A program made the translations under genes and the position numbers. DNA of 63,855 bases, counting the filler, from Rhabdomonas costata (taxonomy: Eukaryota): assembly GCA_019059605.1 (NCBI GenBank). It is 48 parts of 48 records of this genome, joined end to end, with 100 filler letters (N's around TTAATTAATTAA, not from the genome) between each part and the next. Parts side by side here need not be neighbours in the genome. Positions count along the whole stretch, not along the records: positions 39,978 to 41,209 come from JAHMHO010022630.1; positions 41,310 to 42,543 come from JAHMHO010022631.1; positions 42,644 to 43,875 come from JAHMHO010022632.1; positions 43,976 to 45,207 come from JAHMHO010022633.1; positions 45,308 to 46,539 come from JAHMHO010022634.1; positions 46,640 to 47,871 come from JAHMHO010022635.1; positions 47,972 to 49,203 come from JAHMHO010022636.1; positions 49,304 to 50,535 come from JAHMHO010022637.1; 40 more parts are not named here. One strand, given 5' to 3'. Under the pieces are notes generated by a model, which ran no database searches, was not told where the DNA came from, and saw only the letters and a list, made by a program, of their open reading frames with translations. Every line of letters starts with the position of its first letter. Positions within the stretch are counted from its first letter, which is position 1. Below are positions 39,978 to 53,199 of the stretch, piece by piece.

Positions 39978-41108
39978 GTGTGGGTGTGTTTGGGGGGTTG
40001 GGTCTCCTCGGGAGGGAGGCCGATGCACTGGTTCGTGCTGGAGTTTAGCAGAGTCATCTGTGGAGCCCATGGGTGACGCAGTGGTTCCGGGGGCAGCCAC
40101 ACGAGGAGAAGACAGTGTGGATCGGGGTGAGCTACCTGGAGAAACTCTTTTACTGGGATCTGGCGAGGGACGTGGCGGAGAGAGGGAGCTTCGACGGGGT
40201 GAGGAGTTGCCAGGTCTTGGGCTGTGGGTAAGAATGGGGGCCCCATTGTGCTTGGAAGGCGCGGGTTCTCCTCGCGGTTCTCCTCGGGAGGAAGGCCGAT
40301 GCACGGGCTCCCGCTGGAGCTTAGGAGAGAATGAGGAGCGCACAGATGGAACATTAATTTCAGGAGCAGACAAACGTGGAGAAGATACCTCCAACCGGGG
40401 TGAGATTCCAGGGGATATCCTTTTGTTGGGATCAGGCGAAGGACGTGGTGGGGACTGAGAGCTCCGACGGGGAGAGCGATTGCCAGGCCTGGGGCTGCGA
40501 CCAGGAGAGCCAGAAGCATTCTGTGTTAAAGAGCTGCCCGTTCTTGGTGAAGTCCGGCGGGGAGGCGATCCGGCACTGCGCGAATGCGGTGGGGACTGGT
40601 ATCCATCACGTGCGCGGGAAGGCGAGCCTGCCACTCGAGGTGGTGATCCAGCACAGTGCCTGGGTGGTGAGGACTGATACCCTGAGCTTGCCGGTTGGCT
40701 GTGTCCAGTGCTGCGGGACGGTGGTGGCGGTGCGGACTGGGATCCGCTGTAGGAGAGGGAAGGAGAGCCAGCCGGGTGGACACGGGGGTTTGACGAGAAC
40801 ATCACAGAGGAATGCAGCGCTTCGACTCCGGATCGGCTGAACCCTGATGGGCGAGGAGGAGAGGTCATTGAGGATGGCTTCGAATGCTCGGGAGATCCTG
40901 CCCTGCGGCTTATCCGTGAGGCTGTCCGGGAAAGCCCTGTGCATTTGCGCTGCAGGGAACTGGCATTCGCTGCCTCACTCGAGTCATGTGTGAGGATGTC
41001 GGCAGTGGCATCACCAGGAAGGGCAGACAGCAGCAATCGAAGGGAGGGGCGCAGCTCCTCCACAGTAGACAGCAGGCGGACCAGGTCAGCAGAGAAGGCA
41101 AACTCCAT
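39978..41108 (-). CDS. Ser/Pro/Arg-rich disordered protein with an internal ~90-aa duplication
   Basis: Long open frame; SPPRPSPDP(N/S)KR(I/V)SPG and KLQ(R/H)EPVHRP each occur twice. Confidence 0.55.
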
Positions 41109-42732
41109 TGGCTAAATGACGCAGAAACAACATGCCACTCACATGTGCCGAGAGAAACAAACATCTCAAAAGAGCCAACCAAAAAGTGAATTAAGCTGAC
41201 CAAACAAAANNNNNNNNNNNNNNNNNNNNNNNNNNNNNNNNNNNNNNNNNNNNTTAATTAATTAANNNNNNNNNNNNNNNNNNNNNNNNNNNNNNNNNNN
41301 NNNNNNNNNTTTTTGTATATTCTGTGGTATGCGCTGTGACGGGCCGTTGTTGTGTATTCTGCTTCGTGTCCGGTGAAATTTAAATTAACTTTAGCAAAAG
41401 TCTTTTCGACAAAAGGAGAATCACCACTATTCGGAATATAGGATAAGCCATACACACATGGCGCCTTGGCACTGTGTGCTGTGGCGTGTCCTTGTGCTGC
41501 TTGTTCTGCACACATGTTTTTTTTTGGCGCGTTCAAGGTGCTGCTGTTCGTGCTGGACAACACGACTGGCATTGGGGTATTGTGGTGAGAGTGTGCGCCG
41601 TGCCCATCCACACACACAAACCCCTCAAAACACATACCATCCAGGCAACAGCCAGCACACACCTTGTCCCTGGCAGGTCAGAGAGATTTGCGGGTCGGGC
41701 ATCCTCTCGTAAAGAGTCTTGTTTAGATTTCCTGGTTTAAACCAGCCAGAAAACCGCAAATGCACGGTATCATCTGAACCAGTCGTGTGATGCATTGAGT
41801 CCGTGATAGGTTTTGGCTAATAATACTTGTGGCCCATCATCTTCACTCCATTTCGCATATTTGCGATGCTTTTCATCCACTCGGTATTAAAAACAGAACC
41901 CCCACGTCATTTTCGCCAATTGTCAGGCAGGTAATGTGTGCCAGACACATGATTGCTAACAGTCTCACAAAGTCAAAGCTGTTCAGTGAATTATACGTGG
42001 GTATAATTACTTTAGATATGTGTGAAGTAATCCATTGTAGAGTGGCGTGTTTTTTATGTATACGGATGCACTTCGAAGTAAGATTGTAATTATCTGTTGT
42101 ATTGTGTGCTGTTAATCTCGCAGAGTTTTCCAGTTCACCGGAGATCTCGTGAAGAAGTCAGCAAGTGTGTCAGCATTAAGGGCTCAATGGAACATGTAAC
42201 GCGCTAACTGCGTTGGTTGGTTGGTTTACTCGGTCGGAGTAAGGAGTGGAATGTCAAGGTTTTGATGGCGTGCAACCCGTTCTTCCTTGTACCTGGACCT
42301 ATCGAGATGATCTGCCAAACATTCAGTTTTCAATTGGCCACCATGTCTTGTCATTTCCTGGTGCACAGTTTTCACACGTTTGGTGGCTGGTGGCTGTACC
42401 ATGGTGATGAATGGTGCGATTTGTATGACGTATGATGGTACCGATCAGCTTTGTGCGCGGATGCATCTTGTTTTGGGTGGATGTAATGGTGTGGTGTGAA
42501 TTGGGACATGATCAACAGAGTGAATAGTACGACACAGAAGCACNNNNNNNNNNNNNNNNNNNNNNNNNNNNNNNNNNNNNNNNNNNNTTAATTAATTAAN
42601 NNNNNNNNNNNNNNNNNNNNNNNNNNNNNNNNNNNNNNNNNNNTGTGGGCAACCGATTTCTGTGAAATAACGCGAGGAAGAAGGAACGCGAACTTGCTGG
42701 CGACGAAGGGATGCAGGGTGAGTACGCCCCGG

Positions 42733-43875
42733 CAGTGCTCATGGACGGAGTCCCAATCACAGCCCCCGCAACTGTGAAAGGCGATGAAAGCAGAGCGACA
42801 AACTGAGACGTGCCACCCGAGTGGTGAGGAGGGAGTTTTCATCTTTGTGAGGATTTTCGTGGCTTCTCTGGTGAGGGCAACGCTTTCCCTCTGCAGGTGG
42901 GCCAACCCCACGGAACCCCACGTAACACTACGTGGAGGTCAGGGGTCTGTCAAGGGCAGGTGTTAGGACGGGGGCAAGCGCATAAGCCACCCACCACAGG
43001 AAATGCAAGGAAAGCACACCTGGCGAGGAAGGAATGTAACTGCTCTGCAGAGGCGTCACTGCGCTCATAGATGTTGCAGCTCCAATCACTGTGTCACCAC
43101 CACATAAAAGTGCCCCGCCCTCTCCATCCCCATTTCGTGTAATTTCTGGAGAACCTTGACGCACAGAAGGAGGGGGGAGGAAGGAAAAGGCCCGGTTACA
43201 GATAAAGACACTGGGGCTTGAGGCGAAGCACAGGAAACGGCTTCGCACTGGTCCTTGCACCCCACGACTTCCATTTTTGGCGGCTCATGTATATTGTATT
43301 GCCGCTTCTTTCCCGCAGCAGCCGGAGGGGTTTGACGGGGGCACCACAACTCAGGGAAAAGGCATCATTAGCGGGGTTTTCTGATGGGGGCCTCCACGCA
43401 AACAAACCTGCTCCAGCGGACGTCCCCGAGGAGGCCATCGTGGAAGAGACGTACTGTCCCGTGCAGTCCATCACTAACCCAAGGCCGGCGTCTGAGGAAG
43501 ACGGAGAAAGCAAAAGAAAAATGGAGGAAGAGGTGAGATGAGATGGGCACAACAAAGACGGTGCCTTTGTGCTTCAGGGGAAATTGGGAAATGGACGTGG
43601 GCTTCTCCGATAGTCTGGAAAGGAGAGGCAGCGCTAAAAAGTCGTGGAGACGACGCGAAAAGACAGTGCAGTCACATGGGTGAGTGAGAGAGGTGCATGT
43701 GGGGGTGTGAATATTCTGAAGGTCGCAAAGCGCCGCGCATGCGCACACCAGTGCTCATGGACGGAGTCCCAATCACAGCCCCCGCAACTGTGAAAGGCGA
43801 TGAAAGCATAGCGACAAAGGGAGAGAGCTACTCACAGGAGTGAACTGAGTCGTGCCACCCGAATGGAATGGTGAG
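42733..43875 (+). repeat. Direct repeat within one contig (42733-42802 vs 43749-43818, 1016 bp apart)
   Basis: CAGTGCTCATGGACGGAGTCCCAATCACAGCCCCCGCAACTGTGAAAGGCGATGAAAGC is duplicated. Confidence 0.85.
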
Positions 43876-44483
43876 NNNNNNNNNNNNNNNNNNNNNNNNN
43901 NNNNNNNNNNNNNNNNNNNTTAATTAATTAANNNNNNNNNNNNNNNNNNNNNNNNNNNNNNNNNNNNNNNNNNNNGGTTTTGGGGCCTTTTCTTGTGTGT
44001 GTGTGTGTGAGTGTGTGCATGCAAGTTTTTGTGCATAAATACTGACGTGATCACTGGCATCGTTGCCGAACATCCTTGGCGGCCATGGCGGCAGCAAAGG
44101 TCTCGACGCCGTATTAATATTGAATGCGTCAGCCTGCCCACTGCTTCTTGCCTTTTTTTTTCTTGTAAATACTGCCTTTTCCCCTCGTCCAGACTGTCAA
44201 CATTGAAGTTGTATTCCTTCCGTTCATCCAAGCAGTGAGTGAGTGAGTGGGTGAGTGACTAAAACTCTAAGCGCGTCGTCAGGAGACGGAATTGATTGGA
44301 TGAAGTTGTGAAACCTACTCGAAGATCAGGAAAAGCGAAGGGAATTCATCTCTTCACAGCTTGATGTGCACACGGGACGTCCTCGCCATAATTGTCAAAG
44401 TTGAGCTGCAGCATGTACCCAGTGGCTTCAAGCAGATGCAGCACCCCACAACACAGTGCCCCTACCCTCTTTTCCGGGCAGAC

Positions 44484-44698
44484 CTTCAGCACGGAAGTGG
44501 GCTCATCCAGCTCCAGCGTGAAATCCAGGTCTTCGAACAGCTGCACCGCCTCATTGGCGGCGAACTCGAAGTCCATCCGAGCCCGGAGGGTCTTGCTGGT
44601 GCCAGGGGGCTTGGTGGGCACCCCACCGGCCACCGTGACCGCCGCCCCGGTGTCCAGCTCGTACTTGTACCACTTCCCATACCTCGAGTGGAACTCCC
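44484..44698 (-). CDS. Exon of unknown protein (EFHSRYGKWYKYELDTG...TSVLK)
   Basis: GC3-rich open frame bounded by AG and AAG|GT; no family recognised. Confidence 0.5.
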
Positions 44699-44941
44699 TT
44701 GTTCTGACAAAACAAACAAAGGGTTCAAGTTCACCTCAGTAAAAAGCCCTATTGATCAGCGAGCAATGCACATGCAAAAACAAAGGGAGAAGTGCACCTT
44801 CCCGCACACATCACCGAGTGGCGCGCACGCGTCTCTGCACACCCGTAATTGCAATGAACGTCCGTGATGGGGTACTCCATTTGACAGTTGACGTCAAGAA
44901 TGATGCCATGATGAAGCTTCTTCCGAAGAGCAACTGGAAAT

Positions 44942-45207
44942 GAGAAGAAGAAAAAAGGGGGGGAAAAAAGAAGGAAGGGGGAGGAGGGGGGAAAGGAGAA
45001 AGGAGAAGAAGAAGGAAAAAAAAAGAAAAGAGAAAAAAAAAAAAAAAAAAAAAAAGGAAAAAAAGAAAAGGAAAAAAGGAAAAAAAAAAAGAAAAAGAGG
45101 AGAAAAAAAGAAAGAAAAAAAAAAGGGAAAAAAAAGAAGGAAAGGGGGAAAAGGAGGAAAGGAAAAAAGGAAAGAAAGAGGAAAAAAGAAAAAAAAAAAA
45201 AAAAAAA
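44942..45207 (+). repeat. Purine-only low-complexity tail, probable artefact
   Basis: Only A and G up to the contig end. Confidence 0.75.
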
Positions 45208-45545
45208 NNNNNNNNNNNNNNNNNNNNNNNNNNNNNNNNNNNNNNNNNNNNTTAATTAATTAANNNNNNNNNNNNNNNNNNNNNNNNNNNNNNNNNNNNN
45301 NNNNNNNTTTTGGGGTGAAGTAAGTGGTCCTACCCTCCCGTTTTCGATGAGGCCCCCGACGATTGGTAAGGTTCCCGAGGCCGGCTGAAGAGGCTAGATA
45401 GGCTCACCTGGTAGAACCCCCAGAACAGCGATAAGAGAAGCAACTGAAAGGGCAGAGTGCAGTGCACAGCTCTGAAACCCAATAAAACACAAAAAAAAAC
45501 ATCGAAACAATGCCCAGGAGGATTTCTGGGGGGAAACGTCCGCAC

Positions 45546-46140
45546 CTCCAAGAGATCTGCTCCGCTGTCAGGGCGGTGGTTCCCGGACTCGCACAGCAGC
45601 TGCACCACATCCCGTGCCTCGTCCAACGTCAGGAAATCCGGGGTGCAGGGCCGGTCGGGGCAGCGCATCCGAATCTCGCAGAGGGCATCCTCCAGCTCGA
45701 TCTCCATGAAGGCATCCCCTTCAGATACCGACAGCTTCCTAGAGAGACGGAAAAAAGTGCCATGCTACCCAAGCTGCCCGAGTCAGGTCAACAAGGTTCC
45801 GCCCAAATCAGGCATTGTCGGGCTTCTGGGACAAAAATAGTTTCAGCCATGGAAGAATTTTGCGTCACACTCTGAAAGCACCAAACACAAACCGAGCTGC
45901 AGTCAACCGAAGTCGACAAACAGGATCCTGCAAGAGCATCCAGTGACACGACATAAAGTCAATGCACATATTATATAACCATGGCGGACGGAATCAGAAA
46001 TACCTCACAAGCTGCACCAAGGCTTCACGGGGAAGCTTGCCGTCGGGAGCCATCTCATGAAACACAGCCTCCAGCCTTCCCATGTCCAAACAAACCTGGC
46101 TCATGGTGAGAATGGAAGCATCTGTTCCAACCCCTGACAT
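45546..46140 (-). CDS. Degenerate EF-hand-like protein, exons 46009-46140 and 45546-45738
   Basis: LEAVFHEMAPDGKLPREALVQL and DFLTLDEARDVV; GT/AG boundaries. Confidence 0.4.
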
Positions 46141-47201
46141 TCGAGGAGGGGGATATACAAGCAAGGTATGAAACACGACGAGAGAGAGAGATACGAAACA
46201 CGAACGGATCAGACGGAGAAAATGATCCAAGGTGAAGATGTTATGGAAAGGTGGAAAATGATGTGCGGACGAAGGTTCAAGCGCACACCAAACACACGGG
46301 AGCTGCACAAAGGCGCAAAGAGAAGTGAAAGGTGCAGCTAAAACGGAGAAGGGCTGTAGAGCAGGAGGCGTAACCCAGTTCCCTGCATTTCTGTCAACGT
46401 CGTGTTGCTCTATTTTTTGGATACTCCTTTCACAGCTGGAACCCAATGAACCTGAACCCCTTACAACTCCAACTTCACGCATAACCCGTGCGGCGGTCCT
46501 TTCCGAGCTCTCATCCCCCTCATATGAGAGAAAGAGGTANNNNNNNNNNNNNNNNNNNNNNNNNNNNNNNNNNNNNNNNNNNNTTAATTAATTAANNNNN
46601 NNNNNNNNNNNNNNNNNNNNNNNNNNNNNNNNNNNNNNNACACGGTAGCAGGGAGTAGCATGAGGTATGCGAGGGATGGTCTCATCGCAATGACGCAGTG
46701 CACCCACTGACTCGCTGGCTCGCTACTTCCTTCCAGCACAAAAACACTGACAATTCATTTGCACCAAAGGAGAGTGCTTGGAGGAGGTCTTGCTATAAAT
46801 CCAGTGTTGCTCCCAGGGGTGTTCTTGGATTGTCTAAAAATATCTTCCGAATTAAACATCGCTGTTGTGGAAAGCTTCACATCGGTGTGATAATGCCAAC
46901 GACAGCAGCTTTTTAGAGGGTGGTCCAAGAGGAGGCAGCCTGGCACTTGACACCACTTCTCCCATTTTACACCCAACAGCCCTGTCCAGTGCTGTCTGAT
47001 GGTGCGCTGTACTATTCCCAAAGGACACAAGGACAACCTTCCTATTGCGACGCAACCTATGGATATGGCACCTTCTGTCCTACAGTAACCGTGGTTTTGC
47101 GCTGCCAAGGCGGCCTTTTACTCCCTCGTGCGTGTGTCGAATTTGGCGGAGGGGTGGAGGACAGCGCGTGTGGTTGCTGCTTGGAACTGTTATCCCGAGA
47201 A

Positions 47202-47450
47202 ATGGCAACGCTGCGGGGAAGCGCTCCGCCGTCGGCGGCCTCCAGTGAATCCTCTCTGGGTGCGGGTTGGCCGATGACATACTGTGAGGTGTGCTGCAAG
47301 CTGGTGCCCAAGGCGAACGTCGTTCTGCACGAGCTGCGGTGCGCGCACCAGCCCGCGTTACCCGGGCAGAGCGCGGCGTTGCCCCGCTCGGGAAGTGGAG
47401 ACTGGTTCGACAAGGTGGAGGAGATGGAGAGTAACCCCGACAGGGAGAAG
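47202..47450 (+). CDS. C2HC zinc-finger exon (TRAF/XAF1-like)
   Basis: YCEVCCKLVPKANVVLHELRC; putative AAG|GC donor. Confidence 0.55.
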
Positions 47451-48681
47451 GCATGGAACCCTCCTGCCCCAACAATGAAATCTTTGGTTATTTGGAGCTC
47501 TGAAGAAAGAAATTTTCTCGGTTTTCTTTTTTTTTCTGATGTTGCTGTTGCCGAGAATAACGGCTTTACGTCAGTTTTACTTAGGACCCGTCATTTATGT
47601 GCGCGGGCCTTTCCGGACTTTTCACCTTTCATACGAAGTTACCCAGCATGCTACAGGCGTGGTGAGAGCACAAATGTGTAGTGGTACGCCAAAGAAAGAC
47701 GTGAATGAAGGGAGGGCTGCGCGCAGACCGAGAAGAGATCAAACGGAGATGGGTAACTGCAAACAGTTTGTGACTTCGAAAATTCACAATATCCGTCCCT
47801 GAGCCCTGAGACTTTTTTCTGATTTTGTCTTTCCTTGCAGGTTGAAGTGGCCAGGGCCGAGTATCGCACAANNNNNNNNNNNNNNNNNNNNNNNNNNNNN
47901 NNNNNNNNNNNNNNNTTAATTAATTAANNNNNNNNNNNNNNNNNNNNNNNNNNNNNNNNNNNNNNNNNNNNGTGTGTGGGGGTTCTAGCAATGTGAAATC
48001 AGGGCGACCGGGGAGGGGGCAGATGCAGAGATGAGTCGGGCCCTTGCCATCGTTGTGAGCGTTTCTGGGTGTACAGATTCAGGGCCGCAGACTGAAAGTT
48101 TGCGGCATAGCGTGTATGTGGAGGGGTTCAAGCAAAAGGGTACAACTCATACTTCAGTTCGGAATCACGCGGGCTCAATGCTGAGCCTTCAATCACACGC
48201 CTGTTTGAGGTGTTCTTTCGCTGAGGCAAGCAATTCTGGAGAGGCTGTCATCCATGGCTGCTGGATACCAGTCGCTGGGTCCAGCGTTGCCTTCCGTCAC
48301 CCTCTGTTTTGGGTGCCGTAATTTCTTTGCTTTGTATGGTTTCTGTTCTGCCGCCACTTATTTGCATGGCTGTTTCTGCTTTGGTGCGAGAACGTGTTTT
48401 GACTGGTTTGTTTTCTGTCAAGGAAGGGGTTGAGATGGGTGGGAGGGTGCGGTGCAGCTCGAACGGTGCGCACGCTGCATGCCAACCACAACCCTCGGAT
48501 GACCTCCCTGCCGGGCTCCATCGCAGACCTCTCCAAAAACTTGGTAAGTGCGTAGGAGCGTGCGTGCGTGTTATCTTACAGGTATGGTAGTGGTATAGTA
48601 TTGTACCTCAGGTAGAATGCTGGCTCCCCCCACCCCACCCCATCTGAAGTTGTCTTGGGTTTTGGAACGTGTGATTCTCAG

Positions 48682-49140
48682 CTCGGGAGAGTCAATATAC
48701 GGCAAAAGCTTCGACGACGAGTGCTTTGCGGTCCCTCATGACAAGCCAGGTCGGTGACTCGAGACCTTTCTTTCTCAATGCGGAAGGCTTCTTTCCGGTT
48801 CACTGGTACTCTTCATAACGTCCGGAAAGCAACGGGGCATAAAAGCGATCTCTCCTTAATCGCGAGACCCCCCCCCCCACAAAGCCGCTTTCTTTTCGAA
48901 TAGCTCTCTATTTCTGCTGGATTCCTGGTCGCTTGTTCGGGTCTCGTATCAGATGCAAGCAGTGAGTGGACTGATTTTCCTGCCCTTTACCCTGTCCCTT
49001 CCCCTCTTCCCTCTGTCTTTCCTACTTTGCCTGCGCTCAACTCTTCTGTTTATTCGCGGTCCATGGCCCAAGGTGTGGTCTCGATGGTGAACATGTTCGG
49101 CCCTAACACGAACAGCTCGCAGTTCTTCATCACCACCGCG
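48682..49140 (+). CDS. Cyclophilin-type PPIase, exons 48682-48749 and 49073-49140
   Basis: GESIYGKSFDDECFAVPHDKPG|VVSMVNMFGPNTNSSQFFITT. Confidence 0.92.
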
Positions 49141-49714
49141 GCACGTGCCCCCTCCTTGCCGCCCCGTTCTTACCCCTCTTATCTGGTGTTGTTAAACAAA
49201 CAANNNNNNNNNNNNNNNNNNNNNNNNNNNNNNNNNNNNNNNNNNNNTTAATTAATTAANNNNNNNNNNNNNNNNNNNNNNNNNNNNNNNNNNNNNNNNN
49301 NNNTTGTTGTTGTCAGCTTAATCCGGAGTCGGATGGGGGAACCTCCATGTAGCGGAGGTGGAACCGGCCCACCATAGGCCGGCCAATCTCCCAACGCCTG
49401 CCTTGACCTGGGGGACGTCTCCGCTGGTTAGGTTGGCGGAGGGCACGCCCCCAGGGGTAAATATGCTGGGTAGTCTGGGTGGGTCGAGCGGTTGTGAACC
49501 GCCTTGGGTCTGTCACGGTCCCGAGCCCGCACAGTACACGCCCAGGTTCCGCGAGCGGGGCAGGGCGCGCCTTCCTTGGGGGTAGTCTCTGCACGCTTGC
49601 ATAGTACACGCCTCCGAGGGCGGTTGTTTGGTGGTATGCAGGGGTTCGCCCGCGCAGTACACTTCCGCATCGGGACCGCCAAAGTCGTTCAAGAAAATTC
49701 TGGTGAAGTCCTAA

Positions 49715-49870
49715 AAAAACGGGGATAATCGGCGCCTCAGCCTGCGACTGGGCTGAGAGGAGCTCCGAGCTCCGGGATTGTGGTCACGTCAGAGAGACCC
49801 AGCGGGCTCGTACAAGTCGGACATTGGGCCCAAATACCAACCCGATCGCCTACCAGAACACCGAGGATTG
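49715..49870. repeat. Diverged dispersed repeat, second copy at ~53912-54076
   Basis: Shared AAAACGGGGATA..CTCAGCCT..GAGGAGCTCCG..CAAGTCGGAC..CCCAAATACCAA..TCGCCTACC.GAACACCGAG. Confidence 0.85.
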
Positions 49871-52800
49871 GTGCCTTGCATGGTAAGCTCGGCAGAGTTT
49901 CCGCGGGAGCGACGGGGGGTTAGCTCTCTACTCTCTGTGAATACTAGAACATGACGTGCTTGAGCCTGGCAGTCTCACACACATCAACTCCAACGTCCAA
50001 CAAGAATCGAAAGAAACGATGGGACGAAAAGCAGATTCGCAATAAAGTTAATAATAAAGTTGAATGAACGTTCGAAAAACGGCGGCCCGCACAATACCAC
50101 TGCCTAAGACAGAGACCGCCGAGCTCAACAGGTTGGAGATGTCACTCGCAAGGTAACCCATTGCCAGAGTGGCCATGGGCTCCCCATCACTGCCGTAGAT
50201 TACCGATCCGACACTCACCATCATCTTCGGAAAGGGTGTTCCTAATAATGCAAAATCACACACTCAACATAGTGCTTCAAACCTGCAGCACTTAGCAGCC
50301 TTGCAACCGAGAAACCGTCCACAATCAAACCTCCTGCAGCTTCTTTAGAATCCGGCACAGCTGCAACCATCCCGCACACGGGTGGATCTCATTGGCATTG
50401 AGCAGGGCACAACAAAAACCAAACCATGAATAATGTTTCCAGAAGTCTACCACCAGGTACAACCAGTTTCCCAAGAGAGAAGATAGGGGAAGCGGAATGT
50501 GAAATGTGAAAACACCATCCGGAGGAAACAACAACNNNNNNNNNNNNNNNNNNNNNNNNNNNNNNNNNNNNNNNNNNNNTTAATTAATTAANNNNNNNNN
50601 NNNNNNNNNNNNNNNNNNNNNNNNNNNNNNNNNNNTGTGGGGTTGCACATGAAGTATTGCGCAGCATTCCTCAGACAAATACAAACCACTGGCGAGAAAA
50701 AACACACCTTTTCGTCTGTGTCTCCTGCGCGACGACGGCTTTGAGGCGTCGCGTCCCTGAAAGGAGAATGATAATGATGATGAAGAATGGAAAGGGGAAA
50801 GGAGTAAAAAGGGTAAGGTAGGATGCACTGCAAGACGTACAGCGTTGAGTGTGCCGTGTTAAGGCCGAGCGAATGCTACGTCACTAAGATTCCAGCGCTT
50901 TACATGGCCCAGAGTTCTTCTCAGCTGGCCTCGCAACTGGGGCCTTTTGCTTTTGGGTGACCCATTGAGAAGTGTAAGAATAAGCGTATTTTCAGAATTT
51001 CACTGACTCCGCGCAAAAAGAGGACCACAGCGCGGTCGAACGGGAAAGTCTCATAATAACTATCGGAAAAGGGAGGTGGCAGCCAACGGCGCGGAGCACG
51101 AGTCGTCATTGCGCACACAGACAAACAACCACACAAATATATCACACGCACCCTGAAGGGGTCTGCTCTGCAGACACCGCCCACAAGGGAGGAGAGAGGG
51201 GCGGGTCCTCCGGTGAGGTCACCACCATCGGGGCCAGCAGCGGCGGCACCGGGGTGGAGCACGATGAGAGCAGGGAAGAGTGCAGCGAGCCCAACGGGGA
51301 AGGAGGAGCCTCCTCCTCCGGAGTGCACGATCCACGGGCCACCGAGCCTGCCCCCTCCTGCTCTTGCTCCAGCTCCTGATGCTGCTGCTCATCCACCTCC
51401 TCCTCTTTTCCCTCTCGTAGCCCGGACACCGGCCCACTGACCTATGGTAGTACAAGCGGGGTCCCCGTCAGGGAAACCTTGAATAGCCTATTTCTTCGTA
51501 GAACCGTGATCGAGCAGCATTGAATTGGGTGCCTCATTGTTAAGAGTGGAGGCAAGAGGAATGCTCGAAACCAGAAAATGGAGAAGCAACTCCATGCTAC
51601 GTGCAAAAGCCACTGTTTTGGTCTTTTCTAGTTTCGCATGCAATCCCGCTGCCTGGCCGCTTTTCAAAGAACCACCCCTCTGCTGCTGGGCCAAAGTTTT
51701 TGGTAAACTTCTAAGGGGGATTTAATCACGGTTCTTTGGAGCTTCATCCCAGTTTACTTCTAACACACGCATACACGCACACGCACACACACATAAACGT
51801 ACACCCACGCAAATCTTCAGAGGCTACCCGATCCTCTACACTACACTCTTGGGAACCACAACAAACANNNNNNNNNNNNNNNNNNNNNNNNNNNNNNNNN
51901 NNNNNNNNNNNTTAATTAATTAANNNNNNNNNNNNNNNNNNNNNNNNNNNNNNNNNNNNNNNNNNNNTGGGCACTGTTACCGCCTCCCACCGCGTGCTAA
52001 AGAGTCTTAGGCCAGGGGTCAACTCCTCAGCTGCGGATTCTCCTGTGACATGCGCTACCTCGACCTCTCACATTTTCCCGGCTGCCTCACACCTTGCAAT
52101 CCCAGGTAATTTGCACTGCGTAGACCTGGTAGCATTACCCAGCATGTTCCTAGCTAGTTGGGGCCTGAGCTTATATTAAGATCTTCCCAGGCTTTTCTTT
52201 TCGCTGCGTCTTTTTTCCTTACCTCGAGCGGGTCCATTCCAAAACGCTCTGCCAGCGTGATCACCCAGTAAAGCCCATTCTCCCCTGGATGTTCTGGACG
52301 CACCGTTTCGGATTCCGGTCGCAGTTCGGACTTCTCCATACTTCGGGCTGACTCCAGCATTTGATCATAGGCCTTCATTGCCTGTGCGTCTAACAAGGTC
52401 TCATTACCGGTCGCACGGCCTGAAACAAGGCCGTTGCCTTCGTGGTCTCCAGCGGGAATTTATCTGGGTGGCACTCAATGCCAACCTCCTGTACGCGGCT
52501 CTGATTGCCGTGGATGTTGCTTTGCAATGCACCCCCAGCCCCTCGTAGTGCGACCAGCTCAGCGCTTCCTCCAGCTCGTGCAATTTTCCTTTACTCTCTG
52601 GATTTGTGCTTCCCTACGGAGCAATGCAACTCGCTCTTGATTTGCTGTGCAAGCTGCTTCAGCTTGGTCCCGCCAAAATTCCATAATATTCAATCTCTCC
52701 TCTTCTACTTTTCGCACATTCCTGCCTGGGTAGGACTGAACACGTTCCTTTCCTCCGAGATGGGAGAGTTGAGCCTTCTTCATCATTCCCAGGTATCCTC

Positions 52801-52929
52801 CGTGCTGCTCTCCGAGCTAACGCTGTGCTCTCTTCGACAATTTGGCGTTACATCAGCTCGTCAACTTCCCACACACACACACGAATCGAATAACAGACGG
52901 GCATGCTAAGAAGCAAAAACCGCACTAAC

Positions 52930-53199
52930 CTCCGTTTCTCTTCATTGTCACCGTGAACTGGCATCCGGGATAATTTGCAGATGTAGCAGAGTTGTTGCGT
53001 GACACTTCTGGAAGGCGGTATTTGATGTACGGCTGGAAGCTGTAGTCCAAGATGAACGTGGCCATGGAGGAGGACCCCGACGCCGGAGGCACAAAGTCGG
53101 CATGGAGGATGCTGGAGCTGACGGGGAGGCCTTTTTCCCACACCACCACAGGGACGGCGCATTTTTGTGTGTCGAAGGGGAAGCGGTGGAAGTCCATCG
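52930..53199 (-). CDS. Pentameric ligand-gated ion channel ligand-binding domain exon
   Basis: MDFHRFPFDTQKC Pro-loop and YPGCQFTVTMKR pre-M1 strand, then a GT donor. Confidence 0.8.

Noticed and set aside
44940-45263. Lys-rich 107-aa ORF
   Set aside because: Translation of a purine-only low-complexity tail
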